A DNA stretch of 64,000 nt from Candidatus Dormiibacterota bacterium (GCA_963709585.1 CAVPXI010000014.1:224001-288000); one strand, 5' to 3'. Shown: positions 52,220 to 63,087, counted from the first letter of the stretch. The notes: generated by a model not told the origin, from the sequence alone. Program-made: numbers and translations.

Positions 52220-53836
52220 ATGACAGACTCCGCCGGCTCGGTGCGTGAACACGCGGCCACGCAGGCTCCGTGGACCGGACTTGCGGCCGGCGTCGCGCTG
52301 ATCGTAGCGTTCCGCATCCCCGCGTTTCTCGAGCCGCGGTGGTATTCCGACGAGAGCACCTACGCCTACGTCGGACGCACCGTCTTCGGTGGCGGCGTTC
52401 TCTACCGTTCACCGGGCGCGTGGGACAACAAACCGCCGGTGCAGTACTGGACCTACGGGATCGTGACCCACTTTCTCGGGTACACGGAAGCCGCGATCCA
52501 CCTGGTCCCGTTTGTGAGCGCGATCGCCTCGGTGATTGGTGTCGGCTGGGGCGTGGCCCGGCTCACCGGTTCGCGACGGCGCGCCGCCATCGCCTGCGTG
52601 CTGGCCGCGTTGCTCATCGGCCCACCCATCTTCGATTCCGAGCTCTTCCTGCCGGAGGGGGCGCTGATCGGCCCGATGACCTGGGCGGGCATGCTGATGC
52701 TCGTCTCCGTCGCCTCGCCATGGTGGGCGGCACGGCACCACTGGGCGCCGTACGCCGCCGGTGCGCTGGCCTCGATCGCGCTCGGGATGCAGCAGACGGT
52801 GATCGCCGACATCGTCATCATCGCGATCATCCTGCTCATCGCGCGGCCGGCGCGATGGACAGATCTGCTTCGCTTCTTCGGGGCGGGGCTCGTGGTCACA
52901 GCGCTCTGGCTGGTGCCGACGATCATCGCGTCGGGCGTGGGCGCGACCTGGTTTGCGATCGTCGCGTTCTACGGGATCTACGCCCACAACTCCCTTCCGC
53001 TCACCCTGCTCGCGCGGGTGCTCCACTTCGCGGGGATCGCCGCAGGGGTGGTCGCGATCGTCCTTGGCGCGGCGCTGGTCGCACGCCGAACCCGCAACTG
53101 CTTCTGGATGCTCTGGTTGCTCGCGGGAATCGATCTCCTCGTCGCGGGATCGGCCCACTTCCCCTATCCGCATCTGCTGCTGCCGTCGATCCCATGGATC
53201 TGCTCGGCGCTCGCGGCGACGCCCTGGGATCGGGCGTCCGTGCTCGTCACCGGCGCACGCGGACACCGGCTCTGGTTGGGTGCGGCGCTGCTCTCGGCCG
53301 GCGTGCTGGTCGCCGCCGCGGAGGGTTCCTATGCCGGCTCGTACTGGATCAATGGTCGCAGCCTGTCCACGTATTACGCCGATGGCTACGCCGGGCTGGT
53401 GAACAGTTCGGAACGAACCCGCTGGCAGAACGGCTTCTCCCACAACGTCGTCTTCGACGAGACGGTCGCCGCATGGCTGGACGCGCACCACTACGCCAAC
53501 GCCTCAGCCGTCGTCTGGAACACCTCGGACGAATGGGTCTACCTCTTGACCCCGCTCAACACCGTGCTGCCGACGGTCGGCCTCTTCAACGATGACGTGC
53601 TCCTGGGGAGCCGCGGGGCGATCGGTCCGTACATCGCCCGCCACCGGCCCACGATCATCGTGCTCAACCGGCCGAGCCTGGTGCTCCGGCCCGCCATCAT
53701 CCCGCTGCTCGCCCAGTACTACGTGGCGGCGTACAGCGCCGGCCTGGACACGGTGTACGTCGTGCGATCCCAGCCGCGGGCGGCGAGCTCGGCGACACGA
53801 CGGCGGCGCGGCGATGCCGGCCGCTCAGCCGCCTGA
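52220..53836 (+). CDS. GT-C fold (ArnT/PMT-like) membrane glycosyltransferase
   Basis: EPRWYSDE..Y, WDNKPP, PE..LIGP, QQT..D; many TMs. Confidence 0.75.
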   Translation: MTDSAGSVREHAATQAPWTGLAAGVALIVAFRIPAFLEPRWYSDESTYAYVGRTVFGGGVLYRSPGAWDNKPPVQYWTYGIVTHFLGYTEAAIHLVPFVSAIASVIGVGWGVARLTGSRRRAAIACVLAALLIGPPIFDSELFLPEGALIGPMTWAGMLMLVSVASPWWAARHHWAPYAAGALASIALGMQQTVIADIVIIAIILLIARPARWTDLLRFFGAGLVVTALWLVPTIIASGVGATWFAIVAFYGIYAHNSLPLTLLARVLHFAGIAAGVVAIVLGAALVARRTRNCFWMLWLLAGIDLLVAGSAHFPYPHLLLPSIPWICSALAATPWDRASVLVTGARGHRLWLGAALLSAGVLVAAAEGSYAGSYWINGRSLSTYYADGYAGLVNSSERTRWQNGFSHNVVFDETVAAWLDAHHYANASAVVWNTSDEWVYLLTPLNTVLPTVGLFNDDVLLGSRGAIGPYIARHRPTIIVLNRPSLVLRPAIIPLLAQYYVAAYSAGLDTVYVVRSQPRAASSATRRRRGDAGRSAA

Positions 53837-55339
53837 GCGCACGTAGAGCTGGATGCCGTCAGCATCCATCACCTGGCGGTAGTCGTGGCCGCCGATGAAC
53901 GCGCGGATATCACTCAGGTTCTCGATCCCTACTGGGGTCACAAGGATCAATTGCGGGGGCATTGCGTTCATCCTCGACAGGATTCCGGCGGTGCCATTCT
54001 CGAGTGCGAGGGTCACGTAGAGCGGACCGCTGCGTGTCGGTGGCAGGAGGTCGTCATCGACCAGGGGCCAGGCGAGATTCGTCCACAGCATGGCGGTCAC
54101 CCCGACGAGGTTGTGACTGCTGATCCATGCCTCGGCCTCGTGCTCGCCGTAATTGAGCGCGCCGAAATACGTGTCGTAGTCGAACTGCGATACCGAGCCC
54201 GTCACGTAGCCGGCCGCGTTGGCGTAATACCCGACACTCCACACGGTCGATCGGTATCCGGCCATGAAGAGCGACCACCCCGTCGACGCGATCGCCGCGA
54301 AGACGGCACCGGCGAGCAGCACGCGGGGACGGCGCAGACGTTGTGACAGACGATCGTGGTGACGCGATACCAGGCCGGTGACGAGCAGGACCAGCGGGAT
54401 CACCACCGGCAGCAGAAAATGCTCGTACGAATACCCCGCCGCGACCGCCGTGAACAGCAGCGCGGTTGCCCAGATGCGTACGAGCTCGAGGCGCCCGTCC
54501 GCCGCGGTGCGGTAGAACCATGCCGCCGCGACCATGCCGAGGACCACGCCGGCGCGCACGAGGTAGGCCGGCAGCCGGTCGCCGAGCGCGTCGTTGAGGT
54601 AGTCGACATACGACGACACCAGTGCGAACCAGACGTTGTGCGCGCCGGCGCTCATGACGAACGGGACGATCACGGCCGCCACCATGAGCGCGAAGGTTCC
54701 GCCGACGATCAGCATCGTCCGCCAGTTGCGGCGCACCAGGCACCAGAGCACGATCGACGCGCAGTCGGCGAGCGCGGTCTGCTGAATGAGGAAGCCGCAA
54801 CAGAGCAGCACGCCGATCGAGGCGAGCGTGATCGCACGCGGCCTTCGCGCTCCCGGACCGGCGGACGAGCAGAGGAACCACACCATCGCGACGGTCACGG
54901 GTCCGATCAGCAGGCTTTCGGGGAGCGCGAGGTTGCCGTCGAGCATCGGCGAGCCGATGATCACCGCGATCACCAGGCCACCCCACAACGCCGCTCGTCT
55001 CGACAGCAGGCGCGACATGCCCCACACGGCGGCGACCATCGCAGCCAGCCCGCTCAGCATGGTCAGGGCGTGAAGCCCCGCCTCGCTGGTCCCGAAGAGC
55101 TTCCCGCTGAGTGCGTAGATGCCGATCAGCAGCGGCGGTTTGTTGTTCCAGGCGTTGACGTAGAGCCCGTAGCCGAGATGGGTGAGCCAGGCGGTCGACG
55201 CGTAGCCCGCCTCGTCCTGATACCACTGCGGTTCGATGAGCGAAGGGATGCGCAGGAGCAGGTACAGCCCCACCGGCAGGATGATGTACAGGTTGCGTTT
55301 CAAGCGTGCGGACCTCGGTGAAGCGCCATCCCGTAGCAT
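53825..55339 (-). CDS. GT-C fold membrane glycosyltransferase, paralog of the previous gene (start uncertain)
   Basis: EPQWYQDE..Y, WNNKPP, PESLLIGP, QQTALAD. Confidence 0.75.
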   Translation of the reverse strand: MLRDGASPRSARLKRNLYIILPVGLYLLLRIPSLIEPQWYQDEAGYASTAWLTHLGYGLYVNAWNNKPPLLIGIYALSGKLFGTSEAGLHALTMLSGLAAMVAAVWGMSRLLSRRAALWGGLVIAVIIGSPMLDGNLALPESLLIGPVTVAMVWFLCSSAGPGARRPRAITLASIGVLLCCGFLIQQTALADCASIVLWCLVRRNWRTMLIVGGTFALMVAAVIVPFVMSAGAHNVWFALVSSYVDYLNDALGDRLPAYLVRAGVVLGMVAAAWFYRTAADGRLELVRIWATALLFTAVAAGYSYEHFLLPVVIPLVLLVTGLVSRHHDRLSQRLRRPRVLLAGAVFAAIASTGWSLFMAGYRSTVWSVGYYANAAGYVTGSVSQFDYDTYFGALNYGEHEAEAWISSHNLVGVTAMLWTNLAWPLVDDDLLPPTRSGPLYVTLALENGTAGILSRMNAMPPQLILVTPVGIENLSDIRAFIGGHDYRQVMDADGIQLYVRSGG

Positions 55340-55347
55340 CGCCCTGA

Positions 55348-56019
55348 GTGAGCGAAGCCCCGGTCTCGACCCGCCTCCACCTGGTTCGCCACTGTGACGT
55401 TCGCAATCCGAACGGCGTCCTCTACGGCCATCTTCCAGATTTTCCACTCAGCGAGAAGGGGGTCAAGCAGGCGCATGCGCTCGGCCGCTACTTCGCGCGC
55501 ACCAGCACGCGACAGATCTACTCGAGTCCGCTCGAACGCGCCCGGCAGACTGCCGAGATCATCGCGTCGTACCTCAACTCCGTGCCGATCACCTACACCG
55601 ACGACCTGATCGAAACCCGGTTCGGCCTCTACCTCCAGGGCGTCCCGCCCAGGCAGGTGCCGTGGCGCCGCCCGCTCTGGCTCATCCACATGGTGTGGCC
55701 GGGTCTCCTCGGCAACGACGAGACCATCGCCGAGCTGGCCGCGCGCATCCGCCTCCCGCTCTTGCGACTGATCGCCGACCATCCCGGTGAAGGCGGCATC
55801 TGCGTCAGCCACGGCGACCCGATCCAGGGGTTCTGGGTGGCCTCCGAGGGCCGGCCCCGCTACGCGCTCCACCGCCTGCAGTGTGCCAAAGGAGGGCTCC
55901 TCGAGCTCGATTACGAGGGCGAGGCGCTGCGCCACCTCGCCTACCTCTCCCCCGCACGGGTTGCCGAGCTCGCGCCGGGACGTGATCAGACCGAGGCCGG
56001 TTCTCGGTCGGGGACCTGA
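55348..56019 (+). CDS. Histidine phosphatase family protein
   Basis: LVRHC, SSPLERARQTA, VSHGDPI. Confidence 0.88.
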   Translation: MSEAPVSTRLHLVRHCDVRNPNGVLYGHLPDFPLSEKGVKQAHALGRYFARTSTRQIYSSPLERARQTAEIIASYLNSVPITYTDDLIETRFGLYLQGVPPRQVPWRRPLWLIHMVWPGLLGNDETIAELAARIRLPLLRLIADHPGEGGICVSHGDPIQGFWVASEGRPRYALHRLQCAKGGLLELDYEGEALRHLAYLSPARVAELAPGRDQTEAGSRSGT

Positions 56020-57407
56020 GGCTCACCACTCGCATCCGAAGACCAGCGCCGATCGAGGGTGATCGGCTGGCGCCGCTTGCGCTGGCGGCGCTCGAGGAAG
56101 GGACGCAGGTAGAGCTTGGTGAGCAGGCCGGTCATGATCAGGATGAACGACGTGTAGACGAGCAGGACACCCTGGTCGTCGTTGACCTGGAACAGCGAGT
56201 ACTGGGTCACCGACGGGAAGGAGATCGAGAAGTCGACGGTCTCGCCGTTGGCGGTGTCGATCGGCAGCGGCAGGGTCTGACCGAGGGTGATCGGGATCAC
56301 CTGCGCGTTGGTGAAATACGGCTTCATCCCGGACGTGTTGAGTTGATTCACGTTCTGCGAAGCGCCACTGTTCAGCCCGAGGTTGCCGACGTACAGCTGC
56401 ATCTCGAGCACCGGGTTGCGCGGCGCGACCCCACCCGGTCCGTACGTCGTGGCCGTCGGGTCGATGGATCCGTTGCTGCCGACCGATGCGATCGGCGTCG
56501 CGTCGGGGAAGAACGACATCTTGGCCCCCAACTGCACCGCCTGCGCGGCGCCCGGGATCGTGTAGTTGAAGTCCGGGACCTTGAGGACGCCGTCCCCCAA
56601 CGCCTTGTTGCCGATGTTGTTGGGATCGTCGAAGAACTGGATGGCCCCGTCGTACACGATCTGTCCGGCGGGATTCTTCACGACGATCGTCGGCGCCCAG
56701 CCGTAGTCCTGCTGGTACACGTTGACGTTGTTGACACTGAGGAAATCGTTGACCAGGATGTCCCTGGTCTCCACCTTCCTGCCGCGGTCGAAGACGCTCA
56801 CGTTGCTGACGTAGTTGCTCGCCTCGCCATTGGCGGCATACGTCGCCTCGAAGCTGTTGAGACGCAATGTGAAGGGCGCGTAGTTACCGTGGAAGAGCAG
56901 CCCCTGCTGAAGGGTGTCGTATCCGGCAGGCGTGTTGGTGAAGCTCTGACCCTGGGTGAGCGTCACCAGACCCTGGTACCCGGTGGCCTTGCCCCACACC
57001 ACCGCGATGAGCAACAGGAAGAACGAGCTGTGAAAGAGCCACGATCCCCACTCGCCCCAGTACTGCGGCGTGCGCTTGTATCCGTGCGCGGTGCGCATGA
57101 TCAGGGCCCGGCCACGGCGTATCACGCACCATCCGAGCGACACGTAGAGCAGGCCGAGCAGCACGTAGAAGACTGGTGAGACGAACACCTGGGTGAGCGG
57201 CAGCTGGAGGTCGGCGAAGAGCACGTTCAGGTTGGGCCACGCGGTCAGGAACGCCTCGACCTTGCCCGGATCCGACGTGTTCTGCTGGGGGACGAACGAG
57301 CCGATGAGGACGATTGCGAGGATCCCGAGCAGGAAAAAGATCGCGGTGCGCATCCGCGTGTACTCGTGCCAGTACCTCCCGGCGACCTCCCCGACCTTGC
57401 CTCTCAC
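55986..57407 (-). CDS. resB: Cytochrome c biogenesis protein ResB/Ccs1
   Basis: MRTAIFFL...GSFVPQ, WGSWLFH, VN...YQQDYG, C-terminal TM. Confidence 0.82.
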   Translation of the reverse strand: MRGKVGEVAGRYWHEYTRMRTAIFFLLGILAIVLIGSFVPQQNTSDPGKVEAFLTAWPNLNVLFADLQLPLTQVFVSPVFYVLLGLLYVSLGWCVIRRGRALIMRTAHGYKRTPQYWGEWGSWLFHSSFFLLLIAVVWGKATGYQGLVTLTQGQSFTNTPAGYDTLQQGLLFHGNYAPFTLRLNSFEATYAANGEASNYVSNVSVFDRGRKVETRDILVNDFLSVNNVNVYQQDYGWAPTIVVKNPAGQIVYDGAIQFFDDPNNIGNKALGDGVLKVPDFNYTIPGAAQAVQLGAKMSFFPDATPIASVGSNGSIDPTATTYGPGGVAPRNPVLEMQLYVGNLGLNSGASQNVNQLNTSGMKPYFTNAQVIPITLGQTLPLPIDTANGETVDFSISFPSVTQYSLFQVNDDQGVLLVYTSFILIMTGLLTKLYLRPFLERRQRKRRQPITLDRRWSSDASGEPQVPDREPASV

Positions 57408-58060
57408 CGCAAAGCGCCTGAGCGCAGTAAGCCTTTCGGGTCGAATGCGCCGGCGAGCGCCGGCTCCCAGGTTCGCGTCCCCGGCGGTCTGGATGTCGCC
57501 GTGCGCCCTGCTGCAGGCTCGAGCCGGAACGTGACCGCCGCGATGATCGCCAGACGACCGGCGCTTCCCAGCAGGACCGCGAGCAGGTCGTAGCCGACCA
57601 CGTCCTTGAGCGCGGCGCCGCCCGCCTTGACGGCTTCGCCCGTGGAGAGGACCGCCTCCACGCCCGCCAGGGAGCGCCGAGGCACCTCGCCGCGAGCCAC
57701 CAGCGTGCCCACATGTTCCGAACCGGTGTCCTCGTCCAGGCCGACGATCACGAGCTTGGCCTCGGCCACCGACGACCGCACCCGAGCGACCGTCGCGCCC
57801 GCCCCGGCGCGGACGGTGAGACCCGCCGCGGCCACATGGATGTCGGCCAGCCGGTGCACGCTGAGGATGATCCCACCGTGCTCAGGAGCGCCTGCCGGCG
57901 CGCCAGCGGTCCCGCTGGTCACGATCATCGGGACAGCGTGCTGATTGCAGAGGTTCGCGACCAGCGCTAGCGCGTGCACGTCACCCGGGCTGACCACGTC
58001 GCCGGCGACGCCGTCGGGTGCAACGATCTCGACCATCTGCGCGCGCAGCTCGTCGTTCAC
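57404..58060 (-). CDS. FAD-binding oxidoreductase (GlcE-like FAD_binding_4 domain only)
   Basis: V.AGAG, GG..LKDVVGYDL..VLLGS.G.L, AFDPKGLL. Confidence 0.8.
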   Translation of the reverse strand: MNDELRAQMVEIVAPDGVAGDVVSPGDVHALALVANLCNQHAVPMIVTSGTAGAPAGAPEHGGIILSVHRLADIHVAAAGLTVRAGAGATVARVRSSVAEAKLVIVGLDEDTGSEHVGTLVARGEVPRRSLAGVEAVLSTGEAVKAGGAALKDVVGYDLLAVLLGSAGRLAIIAAVTFRLEPAAGRTATSRPPGTRTWEPALAGAFDPKGLLRSGALR

Positions 58061-59595
58061 ACGATCAACCCTCTGAGCGACGCCGACGCCGCGGTGTAGA
58101 CGAGCACGATCATGACTCCGAGGATGAGCGTGCCCGCAGTCGTCGCGACCAGGACCGCACTGCCGGCGAACCCGGTGCGCGACCAGCGGTACTCCTCGGC
58201 TCCCACGGCGGGGCGCTGGTACATGAGCAATCCAACTCGGAGGTAGTAGAACGCCGACACCGCGCTGGTTGCGATCCCCCAGAGCGCGAGCGGGACCTGA
58301 CCCGCATTGACGGCGGCCGTGAAGACGAGGAACTTCCCGAAGAAGCCGGCGGTGGGCGGAAACCCGCCGAGCGAGAACAGGAAGAGCGCCATGCTGGCGG
58401 CCACGAAAGGACGGCGATGGGCGAGACCGCGCAGGCCGTCGTAGCTGTCGAGATCCTCACCGCGTCCCGCCATGATGGTGATGACCGCGAACGCGCCGAG
58501 GTTGCCGGCAGCATAGGCTGCGAGGTAGTACAGCACCGCGATCGTCCCGAACGAGCTCGCCTGCCCCGACGGCAGCAGCACGGGGCCGACGGCCACGCCG
58601 ATGAGGATGTACCCGGCCTGGGCGATGCTCGAGTACGCGAGCATGCGCTTGACGCTCGTCTGCGTGAGCGCGGCGATGTTGCCGACCACCATCGACGTGA
58701 TCGCCACCAGCGCGACCACCGGCTCCCAGTGCTGGTAGAAGTGGGTTCCCCCACCGTCGAACGTGTACGTGAAGACGCGCACAAGCGCCGCGAACGCGGC
58801 CACCTTGGTGGTCACGCTCATGAATGTCGTCACCGACGTCGGCGCGCCCTGGTACACGTCGGGCGTCCAGGAGTGAAATGGCGCCGCCGAAACCTTGAAT
58901 GCGAATCCGATGAACAGCAGCAGCACGCCGGCGAGCAGAAGTGGATCGACGGCGATGGTGGTCTGGCTCTGAATCGCCGCGGCGATCTGTGCCAGCTGGG
59001 TGTGCCCGGTCTCGCCGTAGATGAGCGCCATGCCGAAGAGCAGGAATCCGGAGGCGAAGCCGCCGAGCAGCAGGTACTTCAGCGCCGCTTCCTGGGAGCG
59101 TTCCTCGTGGCGCGAGAAGCCACTCAGCACGTAGAGGGCCAGTGAGAGCAGCTCGATGGCCAGGAAGATGACCATCAGGCTCGTCGCCCCGGCGAGCAGC
59201 ATCATCCCGAGGGTGGCGGCGAGGATGAGCGCGTAGTACTCGCCGTAATGCAGACCCCGCCGGTTGAGATAGCTCGGACTGATCATGACCACGAGCCCGG
59301 CGCTCACCAGCAGGATCGCGTCGACGAACAGCGCGAAACGGTCGTAGGCGAAGGAGCCCGAGTAGACCAGGCGGCCGGGATTCGCGTCGAACCACGCCCA
59401 GACCGTGACCCCGAACGTGGCCGCGATACCAACAAGGGCGATGCCCGCGAGCCACGTCCGCCGGGACGGTGGGATGACCAGATCCAGGAGCATGAGCAGC
59501 AGGAACGCGCCACCGAGGACAAGCTCCGGAAGGATCCCGACGAGGTCACGTCCGCCCGGAAACGTCAGCGGGACCGGCGAGGCCGCGATCAGCAT
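58057..59595 (-). CDS. nuoN: NADH-quinone oxidoreductase subunit N
   Basis: EAALKY, FKVSAAPFHSWTPDVYQGAP, KRMLAYSSI, GFPPTAGF.GK. Confidence 0.95.
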   Translation of the reverse strand: MLIAASPVPLTFPGGRDLVGILPELVLGGAFLLLMLLDLVIPPSRRTWLAGIALVGIAATFGVTVWAWFDANPGRLVYSGSFAYDRFALFVDAILLVSAGLVVMISPSYLNRRGLHYGEYYALILAATLGMMLLAGATSLMVIFLAIELLSLALYVLSGFSRHEERSQEAALKYLLLGGFASGFLLFGMALIYGETGHTQLAQIAAAIQSQTTIAVDPLLLAGVLLLFIGFAFKVSAAPFHSWTPDVYQGAPTSVTTFMSVTTKVAAFAALVRVFTYTFDGGGTHFYQHWEPVVALVAITSMVVGNIAALTQTSVKRMLAYSSIAQAGYILIGVAVGPVLLPSGQASSFGTIAVLYYLAAYAAGNLGAFAVITIMAGRGEDLDSYDGLRGLAHRRPFVAASMALFLFSLGGFPPTAGFFGKFLVFTAAVNAGQVPLALWGIATSAVSAFYYLRVGLLMYQRPAVGAEEYRWSRTGFAGSAVLVATTAGTLILGVMIVLVYTAASASLRGLIV

Positions 59596-61145
59596 CACTG
59601 CGTCGCCGGGTTCGACGCTGCGGGCTGGATCAGGTTCACCACGGTGCTCACCGACCCGGTGGAGACGTCGGTGATGGGCTTGGGGTACAGCCCGATGAAG
59701 ATCATCAATGCGACCAGCGGCACCAGCAGGAGTCCCTCGCCGATGCGCAGGTCGTGCACTCCCTCGGTCCGCGGCTTGGGTGGGTCGTGCATCAAGCCCT
59801 GGTGGAGTCGGAGCATGTACCAGGCGGCGATGATCACCCCGCCACCGGCGAGGACCGCATACACCCAGTTGAGCTGGAACGCTCCCAGCATGATGGTGAA
59901 TTCGCCGACAAAGCTGTTCATGCCGGGCATGCCGAGGCCGGCCAGTGTCGCCACCAGGAAGAAGAAGTAGAGCCACGGCATCCGACGCTCGAGGCCGGAC
60001 AGCTCGCCGATGTCGCGCGTCCCGGTGCGCGCCTCGACGAAGCCGACGATCAGGAAGAGCGCGCTGATGATGATGCCGTGGTTGATCATCTGGATCACGG
60101 CGCCGTTGATCCCGTTGTCGGTCAGGGAGAAGATGCCGAGCGCGATGAAGCCGAGATGGCTGATGCTCGCGTAGGCGACGATGCGCTTGATATCACGTTC
60201 CGACAGCGCCATCAGCGCCCCGTAGATGATGCTGAGCACGGCCAAGCCGGCCAGCACGAATCGGTACTTCTCCATCTCTCCCGGGAAGAGCGTCAGCGCG
60301 AACCGGATGAGACCGTAGGCGCCGAGCTTGCTGACGATGCCCGCGAAGAACACCAGCACCGCAGGCGGGCAGGCCTCGTAGAGGTCTGGCAGCCACGTGT
60401 GCAGGGGGACGATCGGGATCTTGATCGCGAACGCGAGCGCGAAACAGATGAACGCCAGTTGCTTCGGGGTGAACGTCGTGACGTGGATGAGCGGTATGAC
60501 GTAGGCGGCGCCCGATGTGATCGGTTGCGCGAGGATGCTCTCGAGATCGAAGGAGCCCGACGGTGACTGGATGTACAGGTAGATGATCGCCACCAGCATC
60601 AGCAGGCTTCCGGCCACGGTGTACACGATGAATTTGAGAGTCGCCGGCCCTCGCTTGTCCCCGCCCCAGTTGCTGAGCAGGACGTAGAGGGGGACGAGCA
60701 TGCCTTCCCAGAACATGTAGAAGAGCAGCAGGTCGATGGACAGGAGCACGCCGGTGGTGGCGGCCTCGGTCAGCAGCACCAGCGTGCAGTAGAAGCGCAA
60801 CCGGTCGGTGGTCTTGCGCGAGATCGCGAGCGCCCCGAGCAGGAACACGCCGGCGTTGAGCGCGATCAGCCACGCGGAGACACCGTCGATCCCGACGTGG
60901 TACGTCGCATTGATCGCCGGCAGCCACGCGTGGGTCTCCTGGAAGTGCAGCGGCAGGGGGCCGCCGGTCGCCTTGTTCCCCGGCATCCAGAGCAGGAGCA
61001 ACGTGACGATGACCGCGACCGACAGCGTCGCGAAGATGGTCAGGCCCTTCACCGCCGCGGTCAGGCGGCGCGGGACGAGCTGCAGCAGGATGGCCGACCC
61101 GGCGGGGATGACGATCAGCAGGGTGAGCCAGGGAATGTGGTTCAT
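59595..61145 (-). CDS. nuoM: NADH-quinone oxidoreductase subunit M
   Basis: FYMFWE, KIPIVPLHTWLP, AYASISHLG, FVGEF. Confidence 0.95.
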   Translation of the reverse strand: MNHIPWLTLLIVIPAGSAILLQLVPRRLTAAVKGLTIFATLSVAVIVTLLLLWMPGNKATGGPLPLHFQETHAWLPAINATYHVGIDGVSAWLIALNAGVFLLGALAISRKTTDRLRFYCTLVLLTEAATTGVLLSIDLLLFYMFWEGMLVPLYVLLSNWGGDKRGPATLKFIVYTVAGSLLMLVAIIYLYIQSPSGSFDLESILAQPITSGAAYVIPLIHVTTFTPKQLAFICFALAFAIKIPIVPLHTWLPDLYEACPPAVLVFFAGIVSKLGAYGLIRFALTLFPGEMEKYRFVLAGLAVLSIIYGALMALSERDIKRIVAYASISHLGFIALGIFSLTDNGINGAVIQMINHGIIISALFLIVGFVEARTGTRDIGELSGLERRMPWLYFFFLVATLAGLGMPGMNSFVGEFTIMLGAFQLNWVYAVLAGGGVIIAAWYMLRLHQGLMHDPPKPRTEGVHDLRIGEGLLLVPLVALMIFIGLYPKPITDVSTGSVSTVVNLIQPAASNPATQ

Positions 61146-63087
61146 CGCGCGATGAACACCCACACGACCACGAGCACGACGGCGAACACGGTGAAGATCG
61201 ATGCGTAATCGCGGATCAACCCGGTCTGCACGAGGCGCAGGTCGAGGCTGAATCCGCGCAGCAGCTCCCCGATGCCCTGGACCCAACTGTCCATGACGTC
61301 GGGCTCCACCACGCGTCTCGCCGTGCGCGCGACGGTTTTGATCGGTTGCACCAGCGCGCGATCGTAGATCTCGTCGAAGTAGAACTTGTTGTACGAGAGG
61401 AGCGGGATCACCCGGGGCAGCCTCGCGAGAACGAACTGCGGATCGGGACGGTGCTCATACCAGAGGCGCATCGCCAAGCCGATGCCGATTAGGCTCGCCG
61501 CCGTCCCGATGACCAGACCTACGAGCGCGAGGCCGAAGGAGGGGTCGTGGAGCAATGGAGATTGCGACCCCGCGAACACCGGGCTCAGGAAGTCGCTGAA
61601 CAGATGGAGCGTGTTGGGGAGCGGAAACTGAAGCGGCCACGCGACGACGATGGCGAGCGCACCGAGGATGACCACGGGGATGAGCATCGGGTACCCCGCC
61701 TCCTTGACGGCGAAGCCGCGCGCGGTCTGGGGCTCGCCCTGAAACACCGTGAAGTACAGACGGAACGCGTAGAGACCGGTGAGCACGTTGACGCCAACTC
61801 CGACCGCGTAGAGGATCCACGGGCCGGCCCCGGACCGGACAGCGTGCCGAACCCGAGCAGGTCCTCCTTGCTGAACCAGCCCGAGAAGAAGAAGCCGGCG
61901 AGCGCGAGTGATCCCGCCCCAAAAGCCAGGTGTGTCCAGCGCATTCGGGCGTGGAGACCGCCCATGAGGCGGATGTCCTGCTCGTCGTTGAGGGCGTGGA
62001 TCACGTTGCCCGCCGCCATGAAGAGCAGCGCCTTGAAGACGGCGTGCATCGCGAAGTGGAACAGCCCCGCGGAATATGCGCCGATGCCGACCGCGTAGAT
62101 CATCAGGCCGATCTGCGACATGGTCGAGTAGGCGATCACGCGTTTGATGTCGATCTGCGAGAGCGCGATGATGCCCGCCATCACGGCGGTCCCCATGCCG
62201 ACGCAGGCCACCATGCCCTCGGCGACGGGCGCGAGGTTGAACAGCACGTGGAAGCGGGCGATGAGGTAGACGCCGGCGGTGACCATGGTCGCCGCGTGGA
62301 TGAGCGCAGAGACCGGCGTCGGGCCCTCCATCGCGTCCGGCAGCCAGGTGTGCAGCGGGAACTGCGCGCTCTTGGCGAATGCCCCGATCGCCAGCAGCGC
62401 GCAGATGCCGGTGATCAGCGCGCCCCCTGCTGGGAACGCCTGGGTGCGCGCAAAGATGTTCGGCAGGCTCAGGGTGTGGGTGTTGAGCACGATGAGGAAG
62501 GCCGCGATCACGAGCGCGACGTCACCGATCACCTGGGTGATGAACGCCTTGCGAGCCGCCAGCACCGCGCTGGGCCGGTCGTGCCAGAACCCGATGAGCA
62601 GATAGCTGCTCAAGGCGACGAGTGCCCACCCGATGATGAGGATCACCAGGTCCGCAGCGAGCACGAGCATCAACATCGAGAAGATGAAGAAGTTCATGTA
62701 GCTGAAGAAGCGGGCGAACCCGGGGTCGTGCTCCATATAGCCGACGCTGTAGACGTGGATCAGGAAGCCGACGCCGGTGATGACCATGAGCATCAGCGCG
62801 CTCAACGCATCGAGCGTGAAGTCCATCCCGACCGAGAGATTGGTGCCGCCGCCGAGGTTGATCCAGTCCCAGAGACGCACGCTGATGGCGCCGTGCCCCG
62901 CCGGTGCGCCGATGACGCTGGCGAGCACGAGACACGCGACCACGAAGGACGCGAAGATCGAGACGGTCCCAGCCATGTTGACGAAGCGCCGGCCGAGCAC
63001 CGGACCGAGGAACCCGTTGAGCGCCGCGCCGATCAGCGGAAAGAGCAACACCAGGACGACGAGCGTCGACGAGGTGCTGACGTTCAC
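61142..63087 (-). CDS. nuoL: NADH-quinone oxidoreductase subunit L (G-run frameshift at ~61830)
   Basis: [31 protein letters not shown]; C-terminal ORF 61142-61786 with KFYFDEIYD. Confidence 0.94.
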
